From Tubulanus polymorphus (lineage: Eukaryota > Animalia > Nemertea): a stretch of DNA of 64,000 nt. The notes beneath the pieces are model-generated. The model saw nothing but the letters and a program-made list of their open reading frames with translations. It did not search any database and was not told the DNA's origin. Below, piece after piece: positions 15,001 through 23,962 of this stretch (positions are counted from its first letter, which is position 1; the number at the start of each line of letters is the position of its first letter). A program made the position numbers and the translations under genes. The stretch spans positions 2,108,001 to 2,172,000 of the forward strand of contig NC_134029.1 of NCBI RefSeq assembly GCF_964204645.1, written 5' to 3'.

Positions 15001-18000
15001 GCAGACGTAAGATGGATCTTCTGCAATTTTTTTAATACATATTCTAGGGTCATCCAAGATTATTTTTTATCTACCGTTTCCGTCAACTTTCTTACAGAAT
15101 GCAAACCTGGAAGGTGTCCAAGTCGAATTGTATGCCGCTATGGTTACATTAAAATACGTAAACATGGATGTCCAGTCAAATGCAAGTGCAGACGTAAGTG
15201 CTAATTTTCGTTGGAATAAAGGTTTCTTTCATCCAGCATAGAATCGTTCAGCTCTGTGAAATTCTACATCTAATCAATCGTCCATTCATTAATCCGACAG
15301 GCTGTAGACCTGCCAAATGTCCAAAATGTTACTTTGGTTATAAGAAGAAACACAACAAACATGGATGTAGGACGTACTGTCGTTGTCGTCGTAAGTTATT
15401 TTATGATTCACCGTAGCTAAGTGATCTAAAACAACATATGTTTGTGAAGTCATGTCATTTTTTTATCTCATTCAATTATAGGTTGTAGACCAGCAAAATG
15501 CAACAAGAGATGCCATTTCGGCACCAAATACCATTACAAACATGGATGCAAGGTCGGATGTTCCTGTAAACGTAAGTTCTTTCAATATTTTCCAATTTTG
15601 ATTCTTACTTCAGAAAAAAATTATCATCACTCATTTTAAACAATCTTTATTAGCATGTCCAAGGAGAAAGCCATGCAGACTCAGACCAGGCTGTTACAGA
15701 ATGAAGAAAATCTTCCGCCATGGATGTCGTGTAGGTTGCAAATGTGTTGGATGTCCACGAATCCACTGTCCACGTCAATGTAAATTTGGACTGTTGCGTA
15801 AACACCGCAGGAAATGCGTTGTCAGTTGTAAATGTAAACGTATGTATCATTATTATTGGATTGGTTACGGAAAATCGCATACGATTTACATTTCAGCACA
15901 ATGTCATGTCACATTTCTATGTCTATCTACTTACATAGGCTGCTCTCATGTCCGTAAATCATGTCCACGTAACTGTCGTTATGGAGTCAAGAAACGTATC
16001 GTCCGTGGCTGTCAACTTGGATGCAAGTGCAAACGTAAGAATCTTATCTCTTTCGCCATATACATTTTTGCGTTATCTTTATAACGTTTCATTTGTGTTA
16101 TTTATGGCATAGCAAAATATTGAGATGTCTTAGAGCATATGACAATGCTTAGTGTGAAAATGTATGTTATTTTATAGACTGCAATCGAGCTAAATGCCCA
16201 AGACGTTGTGCATTCGGGCGAATCAAAAAATTCAAACGTGGATGTAGATATTCTTGTCGATGCAGACGTAAGTGTTACTTCCAAACTTATTGGGTTAACT
16301 AATAAAACTTTAGATTAGAATATGACTATGTCGTAAAAATTTAACTGAATTTAACGTATCCCCATTTTTCAGCATGTTCCAGTGTCAGAAAATCTTGTCC
16401 TCCGAGACGTGTCTGCAAACATGGTTATATAAGGAAGCGTAGACATGGCTGCCAGGTTGGATGTAGATGTAAACCATGCAGACCAGCTCGTTGTCCAAGT
16501 CGATGCTACCACGGAAAGATCAAGAAACTGAGACGAGGATGTCGAATCAGCTGTAAATGCAGACGTAAGCTACATATCATTGTTCATCGTTCTTTTGAAT
16601 GGGATGGTGACTCTGTCAAAGGTAACAATATATTCTGCTTAATTTCCTAAGGATGCAAACCGAAGAAATGTAACTGTGGACCAAGACAATTTGCCGTCAA
16701 GAAGTACAACAAACACCGCTGCTTGATTCGTTGCCGTTGCAAAGACCGTAAGTGTGTCGTATGGAATATTTCTCAAATTTTGTGACATCGATATTACATC
16801 GAGTGATAAAGTTTACGACATTTTAAGGCAGTACTTTAATGCTTATCAAATATTACAGATTGTGGCCCACGCGCTCGCTGTCCGAAATTCTGTCCATGGG
16901 GATACAAGAAGCGTAGAACCGGTCGACATCGATGTCTTGTATCGTGCAAGTGTAAATGTAAGTTGAGATGAATTGATTTTGTATCCAGCTATTCTAGCAG
17001 AATGCAGTTAACATACTCTGGGTTCATGATTACAGCATGTAGACCAGCCCGCTGTCCGAAGTTCTGTCCTCTTGGAACGATGAAGAAACGAAAGTACAAC
17101 TGTGTTGTCAAATGCAAATGTCGACGTAAGTATTGTACATTTAACTTTCACCTGATGTAACACAAGGAATAGCTGTATCTATCGATAAATTCAACTACAG
17201 GTTGCAGTCCAGCACGATGTCCCAGAAAGTGTAAATTCGGATATAAACGAAAATACAGACATAAGTGTCTTAGACATTGTAAATGTAAACGTAAGTATGA
17301 ACATCCGTAATTGTTAGCCATCATTCCCCGACGATAGCAAGATCGATAAAAGGAATTTTCTTTTCTAGGCTGTAAACCTGCTAAGTGTCCGCGTAAATGC
17401 CGATTTGGTCGAGTTAAACATTACAAACGCAAATGCCGCGTGGCATGCAGATGCAGGAGTAAGTGAAACTATCTGATGACAAATAACGGGTAGTCACCAT
17501 AATCTTCATACATTCATATCATATTCATATTCAATTATAGAATGTAAACCTGCCAAGTGTCCAAGACGTTGTAGATACGGTTTCGTGAAGATCCGCAAGC
17601 ACCGTTGCCTTGTTGGATGCAAATGCAAACGTAAGCATACATTACGCTAGATTGTAATGATAATCAAGGTTGTTGCATTGGTAACCAATTTTCTATAATT
17701 TTGTGTAACTAACAGGTTGCAAGCCGGCTCGATGCCCAAGAAAATGTGCTCACGGCCGCGTCAAGAAATATAGAGGAAAATGTAGAATAAGCTGCAAATG
17801 TAAACGTATGTAGCAGCAGTGTTCTACTTAAAACAAAACAATTTTTGATTCATTTTTACGTAACTTGACTATTGAATGACCTTGATTACAGCATGCAAAC
17901 CTGCTAAATGTCCACGATGTCTACATGGCTATAGAAAGAAGAAGGTCCGCGGTTGTCTCGTCAGATGTAAATGTAAACGTTGTAAGCGAGCTCGCTGTCC

Positions 18001-21000
18001 GCGTAACTGTCCATTCGGAAAGGTTAAGAAATACAGACGCAAATGTAGAGTATCTTGTAAATGCAAACGTAAGTGATCAGTATAAAAAACACTCTGAAAT
18101 GAAACATTCCTAAATTTCTATTTAATTCTACGAACTATGAAGATGTCATCAGTAGGGTCAGATAATTGGTGAATGAGAACCCACCGCACTGAGTTCGTTT
18201 AAACAATAGCATCTTTTTCCGCATTTTACAAAGAAACTTCTGATTTAGAATAAAAATTGCAGTGAAATGATAAAAAATCAACTTCAACGAACTATGAAGA
18301 TTTATCTAAGGGCCATATTTCATATGAATGAAAACCCATCACACTGAGTTCGTTGAGGTTCCTTATAAGTAGTATAAATCCTGATATGTAATAAGAGCAC
18401 TATTAATAGCATATTTCTGATTCCAATTTTCTAGCATGTTCCTCGGTGCGAGTGAAATGCCCAAGACGTTGTTATACTCATCCGATTCGAAAGTATAAAC
18501 ATAGCTGTCTTGTTATGTGTAAATGTCCAAGTAAGTGATTAACAGTCTTGAATTAACATGTCTAGCACTGTTAACTAGTTTATATACATCTCATTACTGG
18601 CCTTTTTTCAATTGCCTCTAGGATGTCGCCCAGCCCGTTGTCCACGTGGTTGCAACTTCGGCTATCTGAAGAAATACAGAAAATGGTGTCGCATAGGTTG
18701 TAAATGCAGACGTAAGTACAAGCTATGTTACAAGCACATACAAAAAAGCGTGATATATTTCTAACATATATTTCTATCACATATTTATTTGTAAATTCAG
18801 CTTGTCGTAAAGCCAGATGTCCAAAACGTTGTCGTTATGGACGAATCATGAAACATAGACACGGATGCCGAGTCAGATGCAGATGCAAGAGTAAGTTCTT
18901 TTTTCATACAAAATGTGTTTGTATTATTGCCTTTTCAATGTAAGAAACTAAATGCTTATTATGCCTGTGTTAGGATGTCATCGTGCTGCCTGTCCAAAGA
19001 AATGCCGCTACGGAATGAAGAAGAGATTCATCGGTAAATGCCGTGTTAGCTGCAGATGTAGAAGTAAGTATGCAATTGTTATCTACCTGCATCAGATCAA
19101 ATAAATAGATATCGTGAGAAGGAGCTACATGAAATGAGTCTTACAGTCGCTTAAACGATTGTAGTAGAATTTCTGCTAAAATGATTTATCTTTTATGATA
19201 GCGTGTAAGATGTTCAGATGTCGCCGTAAATGTCATCATGGAAAGACTAGAGTATTCAACAAACACGGTTGTCAAGTTGGCTGTAAATGCAAACGTAAGA
19301 ATTTGATTCAGAATTAGTAAAACATGTTACTTTTGAATCATTTGATAAACCATAATTCATTATTACGTGTTAATAGCTTGTAAACCACAACGATGTCCGA
19401 GACACTGTAGATACGGATTGAAGAAGAAACACAGCTACAAATGTCGTGTCAATTGTCGCTGTAGACGTATGTCTCTTTATTCTTAAATCCCGCAATTTGG
19501 TTGATGTTTTCGATTGTTTTTATACATTATAGTCAATTCTTCCGTCTGATTTCAGAATGCCGACCAGCTAAATGCCCAACTCACTGTCGCCATGGACGAT
19601 GGAAGAAAATAGACAGACATGGATGTCGCAGATCATGTGGTTGCAGAAGTACGTTAAATTCAACTCAATTTCATAATTCCAGTATTATCAGTATCATGTA
19701 CAAGATACTCACCTATCTGTTTTTATATGCTCATCATAATTTACCATTTCCTTGTGATATTTCATCTAGAATGTAAGATGGCTAAATGTCCACATAGTTG
19801 TCCACATGGTCGTATGAAGAAATGGCGTGGCAAGTGCTTGGTTAAATGCAAGTGTAAACGTAAGGATTATTTCAATCAAAATCATTCATTCCATTGAAAT
19901 TTCAAAAAAACATTCAACATTTGAAACACAATTTTTTCTACTTTGTTTTCATTAGGATGTCACAAAGCACCATGCCCTGCGTCGTGTCCGTACGGTTACA
20001 TAAAACGATCCAAGCGAGGTTGCCGCAGAGTCTGTAAATGCAAACGTAAGTCGTATATACTCATTGAAATAATCAGAAAGTATTTACTGTAAGAAAACTT
20101 CAAATCTGTCATATTATATAACATTACTTTCTCTAGCATGTAAATCAGTTCGTTGTCCAAGAAGCTGTAAATATGGTCGCGTCAAGAAATATAAACACAC
20201 TTGCAGAATCGCTTGCAGATGCAAAAGTAAGTTCTACAAAATATATAGATTAATGCAAAGTTCAGTCTAAATGGTGTTAGTCATCATCCTATCATAACGA
20301 AGCAGGCTGTTATCGAGCGAAAGAAAAGGGGCAATAAGTCTGAATGGGTCATAAAATACAATTTTAAAAGACAATGGCAAACAAAGAACTTTTTAGAGGC
20401 ATCTACTACTGGATCAGATTTCACATTGTCGAAGTCTTATTCGTCATATGATGCTGTTCACCCCTACCAAAGTAAACCGAAGTTGTCAGAAGCAAGTATT
20501 CTGTCAGAAGAGAGCATTAAGGATTGAATCAATTATTTCAGAATGTCATCCAGCCAGATGCCCACGACGTTGTCGACATGGAAGAAAGAAGATATTCCAC
20601 GATGGTTGCCTCAGGAAATGTAAATGCAAACGTAAGTTATTTGTTATCATGCGTGTATCCATGTTCATTTTGTATTCATATTTATTTGGGAGATACTTTA
20701 TACGTGTTAACAAGGCGTCCAAATAGTATAAAGATAAATCTGATCGCTGATTGAAATAATCTATTACCATTTTAGGTTGTCATCAAGCTAAATGTCCTCG
20801 AAACTGTGCACATGGATTATTCAAGGCTTACAGAAAGAATTGTCGTATCAAATGCAGATGCAGAAGTAAATATGCCATTTTGGCGTCAATATTTAATCTT
20901 TGATTTGAAAGCCTTATCCATTTACCTAAACTCAGCTTAGTCGTGATATCGACTATAGAAAGATTATTTCTGGCGTGACCAATGATGATATTGTAGGCTA

Positions 21001-23233
21001 GAGTCATGAAGTTTAGATGTTGACTACATGAGACAAGTCAGAGATCATCCAGAAAATAATCCTAATTATTTGTGTTTTGTATATATTGAAAGGCTTTTCT
21101 CACAAATCATTAGCACCCGTTTAATTCGGAAATAATCGTCTGTGGGAACAATGAAGAACATTTACGGTGCCATAATTCATATTTGAATGACAACGCCATC
21201 CATTCTGAGTTCATCCTTCATAACATGCTTTAAAAACGGAAGAACATATAGAGTCAAACTAGCCGATAATTGATGAAAGACTTCGTTGTGATATAAACAA
21301 GAATCTAAAACATAACTATCTTAAAATATGATAAAGCTTATCTGAAATGGATAACAATTTATGTTTCATGTTTTTCAGCGTGCAGACCAGCTTCATGTCC
21401 ACACAAATGTAGACACGGGTACAAGAAGAGAGTTAAGAACGGCTGCCTTATCAACTGTCGATGCAGAAGTGAGTCAGCTGATTTAGATCATAAAAAGAAT
21501 CAGATTGAATGAATAACAAGATCTGAAACATGAAGAATAGTGTTTGCTAAATGATGAATTTGATTACAATTTATCACTGCTGCGGTCTGATTGGTTCTTG
21601 TCACAATACCGATGATGACTTAACCGCTTCAACATAAAAAAACTGATCTTATGATTTATCACAAATTACTTTTCAGAATGCCGCCCATCTGCCTGTCCAA
21701 AATGCAGACATGGAAAACTCATTAAACGTTACCGCAAAAAATGCAGAATCTCATGTAAATGCAAGCGAAAGAGTAAGTTAACAAGCTTTTTTTATAAATC
21801 ACAGTTGTCGACCTGGTATTTTCTTCTAAGGGTTGATTTTAGATTTTAGATCTAATTTGTTGTTTTTAAAAAATTCTCTTCAACAGTCTGTAAGCCTGCC
21901 CGTTGTCCAAGACAGTGTCGCTTCTTCAAATGCCATAAAGTGTATCGCCGTGGTTGCCTTATCAAATGCAAGAAGACACGTAAGTCATTGTTAACTGTTG
22001 CATAAATGTTTTCAAATTAATGCAGCCAGTACCGACATCTATTCACGTGTGATTCCAATTCCATAGATTGTCCACTTGTCCGATGCCCAAGAAAATGTAG
22101 ACACGGAACAGTGAAAAAGATCAGACGAGGTTGTGTCGTCAGTTGCAAGTGTAAACGTCCAAGTAAGTCCATTCTGAATGCATTGACTGTATGTGGTGTA
22201 AGTAACGATTAGCAGGATCGCTAATGGTCGGTATGCTCTTTCAGTTTGCAAACGTGTCAGGTGTCCACGAAGATGTAAACATGGTCATAAGAAGATCTAC
22301 AAGAAGCATTCGAAATGCCCATACAAGTGTGTTTGCAGAAAGGGTAAGTATTGAATTTGAAATAAAAAAGCAGCATAACAGGCACGTGTTTCGATAACAA
22401 AGCGTTCATGCCATCCGGATAGAAAACTGAACAGTTACATTGATGTATATTGCAGGTTGTAGACGTAATGTTAGATGCCCAAGTTTCTGTCCACTTGGTT
22501 ACCACAGGAAATGGAGCAAACATGGATGCTTGAAATCGTGTCGCTGCAAGAGAAGAAAGGGTGAGGGAATATATATGAAATACATTTGGTATTAATACAC
22601 TCGGGAGATTGTTTAGAATAAGTGACAGGTGTCAGTGGATCTATGAGTTACAATGCGTTTACAATATCTATTCCATTCTTTTCCCGAAATAAGACAACGA
22701 TAAGACAACGATTTAACCGTACAATATAACTTTCCTTTACAGACTGTCCAAAGATCAGATGCATGATGTACTGCAAGTTTGGCTTCAAACGAAACAAGTA
22801 TGGCTGCGAAATATGCAAGTGCAAACGTAAGTTATTACATTCTAGCAGCCTGTGATGAAAAACCCTGAAATAAAGAATTCGAGTCTGTAACAAATGATCT
22901 TGTTTCCGTTTCAGGTCCACCAATTGCCTGGGTAATAAAGGAATTCGTCAAGAAGTTCGGTTACAACGTAGATATTGAGAAACTCACCAAGTGTGTCAAA
23001 CGTGGTAAGTTTATTTCTTTACTAACTATATGTATGTTTCCATTCGTATTACATTATTTTGAATAAGTTCTTAATTATGCGTTCTTTCTCCAGCCATTAT
23101 TTACAAGAAGAAACGCAAAATATACTGGAAAGTAAAAGGCGTTTGGAAGAGATGGTACGGAAGAGGCAAACCTCCCAAAGGAGCTAAACGTTACAACCCT
23201 GATAAACATGGACCACTTCCAGGCGGCCCCTAA
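1..23233 (+). CDS. Giant Cys/Lys/Arg-rich protein with ~127 antistasin-like repeats and 4 Kunitz domains (5'-partial; 100 coding exons, ~4,200 aa in window)
   Basis: Exons read by eye with AG/GT ends, stop-free and in frame: <1-16,116-205,296-460,548-640,725-814,910-1095,1187-1276,1360-1539,1616-1705,1794-1886,1998-2084,2195-2284,2368-2457,2572-2667,2788-2877,2978-3253,3360-3449,3547-3711,3801-3992,4069-4260,4363-4545,4640-4909,4990-5079,5181-5279,5380-5469,5604-5795,5880-6071,6157-6246,6339-6518,6604-6693,6802-6891,7010-7099,7194-7358,7450-7641,7730-8089,8175-8450,8532-8807,8959-9048,9190-9282,9373-9462,9544-9648,9759-10031,10109-10198,10288-10557,10687-10776,10869-10964,11055-11144,11226-11321,11409-11498,11584-11673,11777-11866,11952-12131,12217-12408,12494-12583,12739-12828,12908-13375,13481-13570,13649-13813,13903-14085,14176-14265,14352-14441,14567-14656,14747-14839,14917-15006,15098-15193,15301-15390,15482-15571,15654-15839,15939-16034,16178-16267,16373-16564,16652-16747,16859-16957,17036-17125,17201-17290,17369-17458,17541-17630,17716-17805,17892-18068,18435-18530,18622-18711,18801-18890,18974-19063,19202-19294,19377-19466,19556-19648,19770-19859,19956-20045,20137-20226,20542-20631,20776-20865,21379-21468,21677-21772,21887-21979,22067-22162,22245-22343,22456-22560,22743-22826,22915-23004,23094-23233 (TAA 23231-23233). 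Repeat consensus CRPARCPRxCxxGKIKKxRHGCxxxCxCK (C-x4-C-x3-C-x11-C-x3-C-x-C) matches the antistasin/guamerin six-Cys spacing. Confidence 0.9.
296..460 (+). CDS. Kunitz/BPTI domain exon 1 (canonical six-Cys, P1 Arg) of the giant repeat gene
   Basis: VPPCKQPRKVGPCRAAIPRWYYDSTAKRCRKMSWGGCKPNGNNFKTRSACRKKCV: GPCRA, WYY, GGC, NNF and CxxxC motifs; 165-bp phase 1-1 exon. Confidence 0.93.
3547..3711 (+). CDS. Kunitz domain exon 2 (four-Cys variant)
   Basis: VPSCKQPKKVGPGRASIPRWYYNRSVKDCKKFYWGGAKANGNNFKSLKACRRKCV; 165-bp phase 1-1 exon; 2nd and 4th Cys replaced by G and A. Confidence 0.92.
7194..7358 (+). CDS. Kunitz domain exon 3 (four-Cys variant)
   Basis: HPCSQSKKIGPGKARIQRWYYHKSSKSCKKFYWGGIAANGNNFKSLRACRKKCV; 165-bp phase 1-1 exon; 2nd and 4th Cys replaced by G and I. 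Confidence 0.92.
13649..13813 (+). CDS. Kunitz domain exon 4 (four-Cys variant)
   Basis: VPNCSHPKKVGPGRASFKRYYYDHRLKDCKKFHWGGLKANGNNFRSLRACRKKCV; 165-bp phase 1-1 exon; 2nd and 4th Cys replaced by G and L. Confidence 0.92.
18130..18358. repeat. Two diverged ~70-bp intronic units with short terminal inverted repeats (MITE-like); third decayed copy near 21146-21212
   Basis: acgaactatgaagat...gaatga(g/a)aaccca..cactgagttcgtt at 18130-18199 and 18282-18358; the second copy is bounded by cttcaacgaact / agttcgttgagg. Confidence 0.6.
22743..22826 (+). CDS. Last repeat exon: canonical antistasin/guamerin-type domain
   Basis: DCPKIRCMMYCKFGFKRNKYGCEICKCK follows the family pattern C-x4-C-x3-C-xx-GF-x5-GCE-x-C-x-C; 84-bp exon. 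Confidence 0.88.
22915..23233 (+). CDS. Two non-repetitive C-terminal coding exons (22915-23004, 23094-23233) of the giant gene
   Basis: In frame with the upstream phase-1 exons: PPIAWVIKEFVKKFGYNVDIEKLTKCVKR/AIIYKKKRKIYWKVKGVWKRWYGRGKPPKGAKRYNPDKHGPLPGGP*; good polypyrimidine-CAG acceptors and a GTAAG donor. Confidence 0.82.
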
Positions 23234-23702
23234 AGGTAAATCGCCAATGTAAATACCTTTAATGATCTATTGACCATCGATTTTCTCCTAATGAATTGTA
23301 AACTTTTATTCTTAATTTTTCAGGATGAGAAACTGAAGCAGCCAACAACCACACAGTCAGCAGTCTTTTTAGATTAGATTAAGATTTTCTTCATAACTTT
23401 TTCTCTTTGTTGTAAAATACTGTCGTCATGTGGGCAATTAATGTGATAATAATAGAGGCCAGAATTATACTATATTACTGGGAATTCTAAGAGTTGCCCA
23501 TTTTCTCTTATGACAGTTTAATGTTTATTGTTTATTCAACTTTCATCGTTCTATCATTAATCTACATTTTATCGATGCTGCTGCTACTATTACTGCTGCT
23601 GCCTTTCATTTCTGTAATGGTGGATACGCAAGAAAACGGACTTACGAATATCGACTCAATCTTACTTATTCCTAATTCTAATGTTCAACCCTCCTAAGCA
23701 TA

Positions 23703-23708
23703 AATAAA
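23703..23708 (+). terminator. Probable polyadenylation signal of the giant repeat gene
   Basis: AATAAA about 380 bp into a putative 3'UTR exon starting at 23324, followed by T-rich sequence. Confidence 0.55.
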
Positions 23709-23885
23709 ATACAAAAAAAATATTTCATTAACAGCACATTGACTCTTTCTTTTACTCAATTCTCATTTGGCTTTCTTGTTTATTGGTCAAGAATCATTAC
23801 ATACTTCAATTGAATAATTGGATTCATAAGTTATTAGTAATTTCATAAGTTGGATCCATATGCCGCAAACACGGAGCCTGCGCAT

Positions 23886-23891
23886 TTTATT
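23886..23891 (-). terminator. Probable polyadenylation signal of the TIMP-like gene
   Basis: TTTATT on + (AATAAA on -) about 70 bp downstream of the stop codon. Confidence 0.45.
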
Positions 23892-23962
23892 TGTATCCGA
23901 GTAAGGATTCGAATGCACCAGCCACAGATGTAAATGTATTTACCGAAAAATTACTTATGCTG

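Noticed and set aside
1-22826. Reading the array as many separate small genes (metallothionein, protamine, keratin-associated or defensin cluster) or as a CRISPR-like array
   Set aside because: Modules have no individual start codons, signal peptides or stops; each is flanked by phase-1 splice sites and there is one terminal stop. Repeats vary at synonymous positions and the spacers are GT-AG introns.
211-22923. Dozens of ORF-track entries in alternative frames and on the minus strand (e.g. MVRSRNTDT..., MAVKLDADAD..., MHLQL...)
   Set aside because: Shadow frames of the repetitive Cys/Arg/Lys codons; they lack their own splice logic and end in introns
23494-23697. Hydrophobic 67-aa ORF
   Set aside because: Lies in the T-rich putative 3'UTR with short CTG/CTA runs; TTG start
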